Below are positions 26,686-40,200 of a stretch of DNA of 64,000 bases, one piece after another; position 1 is the first letter of the stretch; every line of letters starts with the position of its first letter. The DNA comes from Euprymna scolopes (lineage: Eukaryota). Location: NCBI GenBank assembly GCA_053919585.1, contig CM132812.1; one strand, 5' to 3'. Made by a program: the position numbers and the translations under genes. Below the pieces are notes generated by a model. The model did no database searches. It was given only the letters and a program-made list of their open reading frames with translations, and had not been told where the DNA came from.

Positions 26686-26955
26686 TTTTTTTACGAGGAG
26701 GTCACCACGTATCAATTCCCGGAGGCCACTCAGGGATAAGGGTTATTGCATGTACAGTACGTAAGTGTTGAGATTTAATAAAGCGTCTACTAAAGGGGAC
26801 GGTTCATCAGGAAGGTGTTTAAGTTGGATTTGAAGACATCCAGGTTGTAGTCAGGTGGGGAGCAGTCAGACGGAACAGAGTTCGACAGGCGTGCAATTCT
26901 AAGAAATAATCTCTGTTCATGGAATCTACGTTTTGATTTAGGCACACGTATTAAT
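26686..26955 (-). mobile_element. LINE 3' fragment, same family
   Basis: The reverse complement reads ...GATTCCATGAACAG...GACTACAACCTGGATGTCTTCAAATCC...CCTGAGTGGCCTC...GTAAAAAA. Confidence 0.68.
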
Positions 26956-27289
26956 ATGAATTTTGTACATAGATTAGATCAATTTTGTGAACTAAAATAC
27001 ATTTTAATCCATTTAATCGATTTAAAAGTAGACGGAAGAATAAAATAATCACTGAATTAATATGTGTATTAAATTAATTAATTAAACTTTACTCCGTAAG
27101 GTCTAAAATTAGGAATCTAAAATACAAAAATCTGAATAAATTATTGAAATACTGAACAGTAGTAACATTTTATCAAGTAATCAATGAAACTGTACTAGTT
27201 ATTGCTCAAGTTGAACAATCTTATATTCAATGTGTTGAGTATTTATTTTGTTGCGAACTGTTTTCCTCATCGTTAAAGTTTTTTTTTTT

Positions 27290-27500
27290 ATCGGAATGCT
27301 GGGCCTTCTAATTACTGCCTTCCATAGTTGGTGTGGACTCGCAACGTTTTAGTCAACTAATCGTCTAGTCTGTTTTGGGTGGCATTGAAACCGCTATCCC
27401 GTCGCGATTAACTACCTGAACATGGCAACTGGATAAGTTGTGCGAAACCTGGTAAAACAAAAATAAATATGGAGATAAGGATAACAGTCCGCAAAAAAGT
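27290..27500 (+). mobile_element. Copy of the same short hammerhead-bearing repeat, with its 5' half inverted
   Basis: Shares CTATCCCGTC..., a degenerate CTGA...GAAAC core and GATAAGGATAACAGTCCGCAAAA with the 9.1-9.5 kb copies. Segment ~27290-27398 is reversed relative to the 27712 copy. Confidence 0.6.
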
Positions 27501-27711
27501 TAATATTTAAATGATGAAGTCTCATCCCAATAGATTGCAAACAAAAAATAAGATAATATATAATACCATTCGGTACGGACCCAACAATGGCAGAACTGAT
27601 TAGAACGCAAAAATTGAATTTATAAAATCATAGAATCCAACCTTGATCGCCCTTGGGGCGCAATGGTAAGAGGAGTTGAGTTTCTATGGTTCTAGGTGAG
27701 CACTGTCTGAA

Positions 27712-27940
27712 GATAGCGGTTTCAATCCTACACAAAGCAGGCCAAATGATTAGTTGGCCAACACGTGGTTAGACAACAAGAACTGTAGAAGGTTATTAAT
27801 TACTAGGTATACAATTACAACACTGTGCATTTCGATCCCGTCGCTCCTAACCACCTTAAGAAGGTCAAAGGATAAGTTGGCTAAATTGTAGTGAAACAAC
27901 AACAATAAAGATGAGGATAACAATCTGAATAAAATAAATA
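27712..27940 (+). mobile_element. Further degenerate copy of the short hammerhead-bearing repeat
   Basis: GATAGCGGTTTCAAT...ATTAGTTGGCCAACACGTGG...GATCCCGTCG...GATGAGGATAACAATCTG...AATAAA, collinear with the family. Confidence 0.6.
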
Positions 27941-28169
27941 AATACTCAAATTATTGACCTCGTTTCAAAAGATTAAAAAAGATAAAATAATATGTAAGCT
28001 GAAGTGTTATTTGATTCTAGTACACTCTACAACGTCCCATAAATTTAAAAAATATATTAAACTCTAATTAACAAGTATATTACGTTTTCTATTATCACGT
28101 TAAGTTTCGTATATTTGCCTATTATATAGTTACTTTGTGTGTGTGTGTGAGTTCATTTCTACAGGTTCC

Positions 28170-28707
28170 GAGAAGGCTTCGTTAATCTGCAGATTAAAAA
28201 AAAAAAAGGCTAATTTATATATCTGGTAGTTCTTGGAGTACAGGGGAATATTTTACGCTACCTCTGCCTAGGAATATAATAAAATTCCAGCAAATAATTT
28301 CTCCTTAAAAAAAAAACGGATTCATTATAATTTTAAAACAAAACATTGATCAGAAGTGACTTTCCCAGGGCATCCATCGCCAAGCCCAAATATCAGCTGA
28401 CGTGATATTATAAACAAACACAGACGAAATTTCATGAAAGACCTTATCATTATTATTTTTTCTAATAATCCACCAAGCAAATTATTCCTCGTAATATATA
28501 ATTCCATATTGTCGTTGCCAGAAAAGTGATATGTTTTTTTTTATGAATATTCGAAAGAGTTATTGCAGACTTGGTGCCTCTGTTTGAGAATATTTTTTGT
28601 AATTCAGATATAATATTTACCTAATATGACTTCGTACATTATGGAATTCATTATTTCATTTTCTTCTAGATCTTTTTTTGTGCCAGCAAGTTTTAAGTGA
28701 CCGGCCA

Positions 28708-28772
<65 letters not shown>

Positions 28773-29750
28773 GTACACAGAAAATAAAAAGGTGACTTAT
28801 TTACGACTTAGTTTTGGATGTAAATAATTTCGANNNNNNNNNNNNNNNNNNNNNNNNNNNNNNNNNNNNNNNNNNNNNNNNNNNNNNNNNNNNNNNNNNN
28901 NNNNNNNNNNNNNNNNNNNNNNNNNNNNNNNNNNNNNNNNNNNNNNNNNNNNNNNNNNNNNNNNNNNNNNNNNNNNNNNNNNNNNNNNNNNNNNNNNNNN
29001 NNNNNNNNNNNNNNNNNNNNNNNNNNNNNNNNNNNCATCAACTTATCCCACCGTCTTACCATGCATCTTGGAAACTCTATTATAATTTACCAATGAGTAT
29101 TGATAATTTGTATCACTTAGATTATTCAACCTACCGTTATCACTTGGCCTTTATTCTTACAAGGTTTACACCGATGTATGACTCTAACTTCTTCAAATAC
29201 ATATTGTTGAAGTTTAGAATATTTAATTCAAGATTAACACCTCTACCCATTCATTGGTGAGGGGACGAGAGCAATATACTCTTGTAAATTAATAATGGGT
29301 TCGGCTTAAATATTTATACAGATTTCTTTATTTAAACATATTGATATCCGACTTTGGTAAGCACATCTTAAAAAGATCGAAGATACTATCGATCGTAATA
29401 TTGAAGGAATAAAAGACAAATGCTGTTCTTACGATCCAAATAATACAATTAAAACATTTAAACAGGTAGCCTGCCAATCATTCTTTCGGGCACTGTTTCC
29501 ACGATCGATCGATATTTTATCAAAAAGTACGGAAGCATCACCTTGCTATTAGTTTCGCTGTTTATCTGATTTCTATTTGGACGCGTCGCTAATATATAAT
29601 AAAAGATTCACCTTTGGCACATCCCTCGCTTACAGCATACTGGAAATATGTTTCTATAATATCTGCATTATTTAGCAATAAACTGACTATGGGCTAACTC
29701 GGTTATTTCCCCAGAAACCTGACATCGTGTATAATTATATACACATAAGG
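28170..29750 (+). mobile_element. Highly decayed Penelope-like RT remnant spanning an assembly gap
   Basis: PGHPSPSPNIS (P..RPIIS-like, ~28370), IMGSA (AMGS-like, ~29295), SLAYSILEIC (~29625). Confidence 0.38.
28710..28770. repeat. (AAT)n microsatellite (others at ~5805 and ~8290)
   Basis: Direct observation. Confidence 0.95.
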
Positions 29751-30669
29751 ATCGTTTACAAGAAATGCGTTAGTAAACATACTGGCACGAATTTTTCTGA
29801 GTCGTCGCTGAAGAATTCCTCTCTACACTCCCATGACACCAATTGCTTTGCATAATGAAAGTTATTATACACATTAACTTTTATTTAGTACTTTTAAACG
29901 ACCTTATTCAAACCCATGATTCCATAGCGTATTATAAACGAGTGTACCTTTCCGGTGTTATTTATAAAGTAATTTTTCAATTATATATTTACTAGCTGAG
30001 AGGTGGTACGTTGCCCGAAAGTGAAATGAGTCAAAAAATGTTCATCTTCTCCAATACTTTTATGTTATCGATATCGGTGACATCACTCATTTCCAATTGA
30101 ATCAATCAATGTTCTGCTCTAATCGTGGACACACCATGATTGACCAAAAGGACGCTTTACACCCCCTTCCCAGTGACTTAGTTCACAATACATTGTAGTA
30201 TGCATTGTATTGTAGAGAATCTCTATATTGATTAATTAAAATTATTTTTCATATAATAGCTAATATAAAACGTCCGAATAGAAAAGTCAAGTACCATTGG
30301 CCAATTGTGCTTAAAATAGAAGTATTCATTTCGAACTCGCCCCTGTCTTCTCAAGGAACCTACTGTGTATTTTATGGGGAAGGCTTTAGTGCTTGTGCGG
30401 TGCCAAAAGTTGTTGCAATAGGGTGCAAACTTTGGTCAAAATCGATTTATTCTTTTTCTATCACATGACTGATTACCGATTGTCTATAATTATCGGAAAC
30501 ATTCCGATATAAAACCTGTCTAAGAACCGTCTGAGAAACGTACATATGTTTATATAATTAACAAAGTCAGCGAAGTCGTTTCAGAGTTCATAGAAAACTA
30601 ACTCTCTCACCCATTACACAGACACATATAGACACGCAAACACATACGTACGCAGGCATATGCATTATA

Positions 30670-30702
<33 letters not shown>

Positions 30703-30988
30703 ACTTTTTATTGTTTTTGGTATCGCTACATTATTATGAGAACGCTTATGTAAAACAATTAGAGAATTAAAGATAACCATTATTGAACTTCTGTAAAAGC
30801 AAAATCGCCTGATGCAGTATCTAGTAACTATAATAAGGTTACTGAAACATATTAATAATTGTGTAGCGATACATACATGCTTATATAAAAAACATATAAG
30901 TATATATTGATCTATATGCATTGACCACGCTTGTATAAAGCTACACATAATCCTTTCTTTGAATATTCTAAACTTGGAAAAATATGTA

Positions 30989-31680
30989 CACTACTGATCA
31001 AAAATTTAAGACCACTTGAAACCCCCCCCTTTTTTTAAAGATAAATTTTAAACTCTTCGGACTTAAGGTTACCAATACTACAATCTAAAAGGTTTTGGAA
31101 ACAAAAAACTACATTCCAAAGATTTATTTTTAAAATTTATATTTTTATTAAATTAGGCCTTTTAGACATGATCAAAATCATAAAACTAGAGACAAAAATT
31201 CTATTAAATGGTATAAAAATGTACAAAAATGTGTATAAAACATTCGACAATCAAACTTTATAATGCGCTCTACCTCCACTGCTTTTTATGACTTCAAAAA
31301 TTCTTTGGAACATGCTAGAAATTAGGGTTTTCATTAAGGTTGGAGGTAGTCTGTTCCAGTTTCTGAAGATGGCTTCAGGAAGTTCATTTTTTGTTGAATA
31401 TTGTTTGCCATTTTTATAAAAAAATATATTGTCATCTATCCCCAAACATTTTCAATTGGGTTCAAATCCGGTGATCATGCAGGATGTCCCAAGCGATTGA
31501 CCCCATTTCTTTTAGAAAGCTCAAGGTCCGTCTTGCTGTGTGGATTGCAGCATTATCCTGTTTGAATAACCATTCATCATCCACACAAACGATGACCCTC
31601 CATCATTAAAGATGCTTTTGTTAGCATGCTAAAATTACCAGCAGCTGTCTGGCGATCCTGCACAACCTGGAGCCCCATCC
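30989..31680 (-). mobile_element. Tc1-family (DD34E-type) transposon 3' remnant, copy 1
   Basis: TIR-like TA|CACTACTGATCAAAAATTTAAGACCACTTG. Decayed FKQDNAAIH, SPDLNPIENVWG and a C-terminal LISSMFQRIFEVIKSSGG. Confidence 0.8.
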
Positions 31681-32307
31681 AAATATTTACACATTAACTT
31701 CAAGGAATTAATCAGATTCTCCCAACACTTAGAATAACAGGTATCACTCTAGCAACCCCGTGACTATTGATTTATTCTTTTTCTATCACATGACTGATTA
31801 CCGATTGTCTATAATTATCGGAAACATTCCGATATAAAACCTGTCTAAGAACCGTCTGAGAAACGTACATATGTTTATATAATTAACAAAGTCAGCGAAG
31901 TCGTTTCAGAGTTCATAGAAAACTAACTCTCTCACCCATTACACAGACACATATAGACACGCAAACACATACGTACGCAGGCATATGCATTATATATATA
32001 TGTATGTATGTATGTATGTATACTTTTTATTGTTTTTGGTATCGCTACATTATTATGAGAACGCTTATGTAAAACAATTAGAGAATTAAAGATAACCATT
32101 ATTGAACTTCTGTAAAAGCAAAATCGCCTGATGCAGTATCTAGTAACTATAATAAGGTTACTGAAACATATTAATAATTGTGTAGCGATACATGCATGCT
32201 TATATAAAAAACATATAAGTATATATTGATCTATATGCATTGACCACGCTTGTATAAAGCTACACATAATCCTTTCTTTGAATATTCTAAACTTGGAAAA
32301 ATATGTA

Positions 32308-32998
32308 CACTACTGATCAAAAATTTAAGACCACTTGAACCCCCCCCTTTTTTTAAAGATAAATTTTAAACTCTTCGGACTTAAGGTTACCAATACTACA
32401 ATCTAAAAGGTTTTGGAAACAAAAAACTACATTCCAAAGATTTATTTTTAAAATTTATATTTTTATTAAATTAGGCCTTTTAGACATGATCAAAATCATA
32501 AAACTAGAGACAAAAATTCTATTAAATGGTATAAAAATGTACAAAAATGTGTATAAAACATTCGACAATCAAACTTTATAATGCGCTCTACCTCCACTGC
32601 TTTTTATGACTTCAAAAATTCTTTGGAACATGCTAGAAATTAGGGTTTTCATTAAGGTTGGAGGTAGTCTGTTCCAGTTTCTGAAGATGGCTTCAGGAAG
32701 TTCATTTTTTGTTGAATATTGTTTGCCATTTTTATAAAAAAATATATTGTCATCTATCCCCAAACATTTTCAATTGGGTTCAAATCCGGTGATCATGCAG
32801 GATGTCCCAAGCGATTGACCCCATTTCTTTTAGAAAGCTCAAGGTCCGTCTTGCTGTGTGGATTGCAGCATTATCCTGTTTGAATAACCATTCATCATCC
32901 ACACAAACGATGACCCTCCATCATTAAAGATGCTTTTGTTAGCATGCTAAAATTACCAGCAGCTGTCTGGCGATCCTGCACAACCTGGAGCCCCATCC
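32308..32998 (-). mobile_element. Tc1-family transposon 3' remnant, copy 2 (part of the tandem duplication)
   Basis: Duplicate of 30989-31680. Confidence 0.8.
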
Positions 32999-34242
32999 AA
33001 ATATTTACACATTAACTTCAAGGAATTAATCAGATTCTCCCAACACTTAGAATAACAGGTATCACTCTAGCAACCCCGTGACTATTGACCTTAATACAGA
33101 GTATTCAGCTTTTATTACACTTAAAATTACGAATTGAAATCACCCTAACGTTAATATTTACACTCTCGGCACCTAACTTTAATATGATTTTTATAATAGG
33201 GATAGAGCTCAGGCACTTCCTTAATTTAACACATATTATAGCAACAGGTACATTAATACATTTGTATTTACCATATATATATTATTATATTATATCATTT
33301 TACTCGTATTATGTAATTTTAAACTATTTATTTCAATAAACAGCTGTTTTTATTACAGGTTATTATGTTTGGAGCTGTAAATAATTTGGAATTTTTCATC
33401 CAGGTATATTCTATACAAACCGCTTAATGTTTGCACATCGAACTATTTTCCATTTAGTAATATGTGAGCAGCGGATGAACTTCTGACGATCAACGATTAC
33501 TGATATAAACATATAAGATTCGATGGTCGGGTGGACTTTTCAAAATAACCATTAGCTACTAATCTTCTTAAGTAGATTTTATGCCAACTACTCTCTTTGT
33601 TCTAGAAATATATTACTCGTGTATAGATTCACTGATCGTGTTCAATATTACAATTAGCACAGTATATGTTGTTGTTTGCAGGAAACAGGTCATATTGTTT
33701 CTCAGTGTGTAATCTGTTTTGGAGAAGCAACTTACTCATGACACACAGAACATCGATTAGTCTTAATTGAGCTATAGAATACCAACATCTTGTATTATTT
33801 AATCAAAGTTTTGTACATTTTAGGTAAGCATTTTTACTTTATGAAACATTTAAACAATTTGCAAGAAAATTAGACGTAATGTGTGTTCTGAAAGTAAAAC
33901 CTCCTATTTTATTCCACCCTAATAGACTATAGAAAAGTAACAATTCCATTCTCATGATGACTCGATTTATGCATTCATCCCATGAGTGTTTCATTTCTTG
34001 ATTGCATATATTAGCGGTGTGAGATTCTAAGGATGCAACCACTATCATTTTCTTGCAGAAATGCGTCATTGCACTTATGGCAAAAGTATATTGAGAATGA
34101 TGGTGACTATGTAGCAAAAATAAATTCGTTTTAATGCTATTACTCCCATCTTCGTATCTCATCGACTATTTTAAATTTTTTAAAAATATGAAGTTCTACT
34201 CAGGAACGACTCTTGTTCCGGTTTCAGCTTTTTTTCTAAAAC

Positions 34243-34696
34243 TGTAATGGCAATGTTGTTAGGACGAGCAGTTATCTTTTATCAAAGTACTATCGGATGT
34301 ATATGAGTGCTATTATAGCTACCTTAATTACTCTAAATTTGTAAGCAATGTTTAGTTTCAGAACAGTTTCCGATGGTTATTGTTCTACACAAGTCCTGTA
34401 GGTGATTGATTCGCAGTAGACAGTACCGTTTCCGATGGTTCGTTGTTCTGCACAAGTCCTGGAGGTGACTAGTTCTTAGTAGACTGTTCTCGAGTTGGAA
34501 TCCACAGCAAAAGACTCTTCCCGTGTTGCCACGAAGAAACATATACGTAGTTGCTACAGAAAAGTGTAATATTTATGGAGCAATTCTGGTTTCTGATTGG
34601 TTGATAGCAGAACGTGAATTAATTTGATCCGTCAATTCCTAGCAGCATCGTTTCTTACTAGAATCTCCCGACTCTGAGAGATCATACCCCATTATA
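34243..34696. mobile_element. Possible solo LTR with an internal ~60-bp tandem repeat
   Basis: TGTAATGG...CCATTATA near-inverted termini and two copies of GTTTCCGATGGTT..TTGTTCT.CACAAGTCCTG. No clean TSD. Confidence 0.35.
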
Positions 34697-35199
34697 ATAG
34701 AAAAATATTGCAGCAAATACGTTCTTATATTTTGTCCGTAAATGTATCCACATATTTGATGTGAAAATATATGAATAATCAATCGTTTATGTTAAAATAT
34801 TAGAGTGCAGTTCAGATTTAGGAGAAAAATGTAGGCAAATCTTAAATTGAAAATGCAATTCCTTCCAGAAAGCCTTTGCTGTAAGACTCCGGGAAAGAAT
34901 GAAGTTAAATCGCCAACGGGGACACAGAAACAATTGTTGTTGTTTTTGTATTTGTTTTTATTTAACTCACGAAACGGTTCATGTTTATATTTTTGGACAC
35001 GTTTGTTCGGATACACATGTTCAGATCTGCGAGCTTTTTAATAGTTTTTTTTTTTTAACAAGTTATCTTTTTTCCTTATATATTTTTAACGTATTCCTTA
35101 TTTTCATTCGATTAGGGTCGTGCTTATTATTTCACATTCGTTCACTTATATCTAAATTATATTTTATAATTTATGTCATCTACAATATTTTTTTCATTA

Positions 35200-35365
35200 C
35201 AAACATCATCATTGACGTAAGCGGCATCATCATCATAATACTTGTTGTCGTCGTCGTCATCATCATCAACGTAATCCTCCTTATCATCATCGTCGTCACA
35301 ATAATAATTGTCGTAATCATCGTCATCGTAATCATCATCATTATCAGTGTTGCCATAATCATGAC
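35200..35365. repeat. Degenerate (CAT/CGT/AAT)n trinucleotide tract
   Basis: Produces the spurious poly-I, poly-D and poly-M ORFs. Confidence 0.85.
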
Positions 35366-36626
35366 ATAGAATAAAATATTTAAAATAGTTTAAGAAATTT
35401 CTAAATTTAGAGGTCGACAAATAAAATTTTTAAATCAAAATATATTACAAATATTTCTTACTAAAGTAAGAGATATTTTTAGTATATTTTGTATTTATTT
35501 ACGAACTTCAGGAACTGGTTGCTAATACGGCAAACCCACAGTGTTAACATTTCTCGTATCACTTTTTTCTTGAGATAAGGCTTCAGCACTAAATGTGCTC
35601 CGATTAAATGTTTCTGCTGTTACATAATATCATTTAATTCCTGGCATGAGCGAAAGTTGTATGGAAATCACATCAAATTTAATTAACATATACGATTTAA
35701 TATTTAAATCCAGTGTAACTTGAAAAAAGAATNNNNNNNNNNNNNNNNNNNNNNNNNNNNNNNNNNNNNNNNNNNNNNNNNNNNNNNNNNNNNNNNNNNN
35801 NNNNNNNNNNNNNNNNNNNNNNNNNNNNNNNNNNNNNNNNNNNNNNNNNNNNNNNNNNNNATTTTCAAGACTAGCTTTAAGGATAATATTTCATAATATA
35901 GTCCAATGTCTGAAAACGATAATGAATATTTTCATCAACGTAAAAATTTACAATTATCTATATGCGGACATTTCACAATTAATATGTTCGCCTGAAAAGA
36001 TGCAAAACATCTGGTCGTAAGTCAAATATATACATTAAGTATTCAGGAGACGATATAGAAACATAGAATTTTGCTGGCTAGGCAAATTTCTCAAAAGACA
36101 CCACATTGTAAAATCAAAAAGCGTGCCGATAACTGTTAAAGTAAAATTGTATTTCATGTAGTTTCATATGAATTTTATCACATGGACCAAACAACTAGCT
36201 TAATGCAAAATCACCTAATGCATTTCTTACGGGATATCGCTTGGCAACAACAACAACAACAAAATCAACCCTTCGTCAAACAACTTCCCTATGCTCTCTA
36301 CTTGAAAAAAGCAAAACTAAAACCCTTGAAGTTTTTTAACATGTTAAGCGATCAACCACTGTCTTGTCAAAGTTATGCTTCGAGTGTACGTTTAAAGGCA
36401 AAAGAGGAAGAGAAAGAGAAATCAGTGTTGATTTTAGTTGGAACGTTTCCGATACCGTAGAAATGGAGGTATGCGATAAGGTAAATAAACTACAGATAAA
36501 AGGTTATGAAATTTGAGCAGAAAACTTGGTCAAAGAAAATCAGGAGTTCTCAATACTGACAAGTACTAGGCTTGAGGTTATGGAAGGTCGAGGAAATGTT
36601 GACACTTTTATGGGTCTGTTACAAAC

Positions 36627-36682
<56 letters not shown>

Positions 36683-37039
36683 TGCATTGCATTTCAATTA
36701 TAAAAGAAATAGGGGTTGATTTGCCATAGGAGAAGGAGGAATAAAAGAGTAGATACAGAAGTAGGATGTGATGACTTTTTTTAAATTGTATTAGGTTGGA
36801 CTTTTTCTCTGATGAGAAGATTTTGTACGTGCAGTTTTTATTGTTTTGCACGGGACATCAATGGACTGTGTTGACCTTGATTGTATGGGAACTGTTGTCT
36901 ACGAAAGTTGTTAACTGCGAATCAGTTATTAATTATTTGTTTAACAAAGAAATAATTGTGAGAAAATGTTGCCGTGCTGCTAAATACTTAGCGAATTGAA
37001 CTGTTTCGCGATTTTGTCGAAATTGGTTGATTTGTTTTT

Positions 37040-37294
37040 NNNNNNNNNNNNNNNNNNNNNNNNNNNNNNNNNNNNNNNNNNNNNNNNNNNNNNNNNNNNN
37101 NNNNNNNNNNNNNNNNNNNNNNNNNNNNNNNNNNNNNNNNNNNNNNNNNNNNNNNNNNNNNNNNNNNNNNNNNNNNNNNNNNNNNNNNNNNNNNNNNNNN
37201 NNNNNNNNNNNNNNNNNNNNNNNNNNNNNNNNNNNNNNNNNNNNNNNNNNNNNNNNNNNNNNNNNNNNNNNNNNNNNNNNNNNNNNNNNNNNNN
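37040..37294. other. Assembly gap (others: 15547-15675, 23687-23832, 28834-29035, 35733-35860)
   Basis: Runs of N. Confidence 1.
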
Positions 37295-40200
37295 CTCGCC
37301 GTGCCCTTAAGTGCAATTGTCTGGATCTCTTTTGCACTTGGTTCATCAGAAATATTAGTTAGGTTAGACTTCAGGTTCTTCTTCATACACCCTGTGGAAC
37401 ATATGATAACTGGTATGATTGATATCTCCCTAAGATTCCAGTTTATTTTTTATATCATACATGTAGACTAAGGTATTTAGTCTGTTTCTCTCTAGCTCTG
37501 TTCAGACCGCCATGATTAGGAACACTCACTTACATCAAGGTTGAAACTCTCTCTCTCTCTCTCTCTCTCTCTGATTTATTCCATATAACTATGTCAGGTT
37601 TCACATCAGCATTTAGGGTAGGTGGCTGTAGGGATTACATAGTTGTAATGTATGATTTATAAGTCATTTCCAACTGGTCTTTCAGGTTGATGTTCCCAGG
37701 ACTTGCTGTTACAGCGGATGTTTTATTTTTTACAGATGCTCCAGTAGAGTTACTTACATACTCTATCATGTCTTGCTTTACAGGATCCGTCCCCTAGAAG
37801 GACCTTGCAACTTGACATCATATGAATAATACTTTCCATTTGTGTATGGCAGAATCTGCATTTATTGTCATTACTAATCCCTACCATGTTCTTTAAGGTA
37901 TTTGTCATCAATCCTTGGTCTTGAACAGTCATTATGACCTTTTCCTGATCGTGGTTGAGGGCTAATCTTTTGAGCCAGTCCGAGGAACCTTCTTTGTCTA
38001 TGTATTCCTGAGAGAGTCCCCCCTAAAAAAATATTTTGCACGCTTATGTTGGTCCCATTCTTTAAGATTCATCCTTTGGAAGGTCTCAGCATATTTCCGC
38101 CGGCTCTTTCTTGCTATTTCTGTGCCACACTTGTTTGGTGCTTCGTACTTATCTGAGAGACAGCCCTGGTCAAAATGCTTGGCCAGCTGTGTGACTGATG
38201 TTTTCCTGCTGACTCTTGTCTCTTGAATTTCGTATACTATTGAGAAGGTGTGATTCTGGGAGATTCTCAGATACTGACCGGTGCTCACAATAGTTGCCCT
38301 ATGTTGATGATTGATCTCTGAGAGTCCCAGACCTCCTTCTACCGTGAGCCAATACAGCCTTGATAGAAACCGATTTCTATATATTATTTTATGAAGCGTT
38401 AGTAGCTTCCGTGTCTTTACATCTAACCGGTTGATGCATTTTTCTGGCCAGTTAATGATACCAAAGATGTATGTTATTACTGGCATAGCAAGCTAGTTGA
38501 TGGCAGTAATTTTATTTGTATTTGTGAGCTGTGTTTTGCATATTTTCCTCGCCCAGCGTATATATTCTTTACTAATCTTCTCCGTCATCTTGGCATGCTG
38601 TATGTTCTCGTTTTCCTCAATGTCAAGGTACTTATAAGGCTCGTGCTCTTCTAGATCCCTTATGTCGATGTTTTCATTAAGCTGCATATTTTCTGTGGGG
38701 ATCTTCTTCCCAGCTCTGTTTGTAAAGTTGACACATTTGTCTAGGTCAAACTTCATTCCGATGTTATTGGAGAATGTGTGTACTACCTGCAGAAGCTGGT
38801 GCGGATCCGCGTCAGAGCTGGCATACAATTTAGGGGCATCCATGAAGAGCAGATCGTTTACTCTCTTGATTGGATCTTAATGGTGTCCCTGACTCAAATT
38901 ATAGGCGCTCATCGTTTATTTTAGGAGCTTGCTGAGTGGGTCTAATGCGATACAGAAGAGTAAGGGAGATAAACTGTCACATTGGAATATTCCACTTTTG
39001 AGGTTTAGTTCATGGATGATGGTCATTCCTCCATTGTGATTGAATGATATTGTGGTTTTCCACATTTGAATGTGAGCCGCTAGTGTTTGTCTAATTATCG
39101 GATGGATCTTGTATAACTCAAGCACCGAAGTAACAATGTGTGTGGCACGCTGTCAAATGCCTTCTGGTAATCGATCCATGCCACGCAATGGATTTTTTGT
39201 CTCTTCCTACAGTCTGCTAATATGATATTGTGGATCAATAGCTGGTCTTTGGTACCGAGACATCTTCTGCACCCTGTCTGCTCTATTTCAAGGTAGGTCC
39301 CAGAAGATAGGTAGTCACGTATATCGCCGACAATAAGACAATTGAAAAGTTTATAAGTAGTTGTTTGACAGCATATTGGCCTTTATTTATTTGGGTGTTA
39401 GATCTTCTTGGTCTTGGGTATGAGGCTGGTGTCCACCTCTGTCAGCCAGGGTAGTGTTGATTCTGCATCTCTTAGCATCCTGCTGAAGCAATCACTGTAG
39501 TTGTGGTGGAGTGCAGACAATTCATTCAGTCAAAAGTTTTGGACATTTTCTTGTTACCGTACCCGGAGTTATGACTGGTTCTGGCATTTGAGTCTTGGTT
39601 TCGTTGAGTTTAATATCTTCAATCCACTGGGCGTTTTGATTGTATTTGCTTTCTGTTTCAAATAGAGGCCTCCAGGTGGACTATCTATAATAATGGCGTT
39701 TCTTATAATCTGCCTGTTAAAAGTCCTTTGGTTTGCTTTAAATCGCCTATTTTGAATCTGGGAGCTGATCTTGTTCTCCTGGGTTTCAATCCTCTGAGCA
39801 AATGCGGGCATTTCCCCTCCAACTCCCTAGTCGTATATGAAACACCTCAATGTTCTCATGGTGGTATTTGGTACAGTGTTTTCTTGTCGTGGTCTCAAGT
39901 TGACTCTGTACCGAGGGATCTGAAGGAACTATTTTATTTGGCTTAGTTCCTTCCTGCAGAGGTTAAGTTGTTTTTGCAGCTTGGTTTCCAGTTAGGTGTT
40001 TTCTTGAGATTCTGCGCCCTATTAGATGATTGAAGTTGAATGCTCGACTGTTAATTTTTCTGTCGATGTATCGTTCAGCTGCATATGTGATATGGTTGAG
40101 TTCTGTGAGCGTTAGTGTCGCTGGTATTAGCCTCTTGAGAGCGATGTTAACTGGCTATAACAGTCTTTGCTCTTCCGGCAGCTTTGAACAAACGTGGTCT

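Larger units (their letters stand above)
30444..33088 (+). repeat. Near-identical 1.32-kb tandem duplication (30444-31768 and 31769-33086)
   Basis: The differences I noticed were microsatellite/homopolymer length and a few substitutions. There is a GA microhomology at the junction. Duplicated ORFs appear in the track. Confidence 0.95.

Noticed and set aside
26800-26815. CTGATGA on the - strand as a hammerhead core
   Set aside because: There is no stem II or GAAA; it is the end of the LINE ORF.
34899-35420. Long hydrophobic (poly-Ile/Val) and acidic (poly-Asp) ORFs
   Set aside because: They are translations of a degenerate trinucleotide repeat.
36933-37386. ORFs containing X runs (also at 15421, 23681 and 28808)
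   Set aside because: They are open only because they cross N-gaps.
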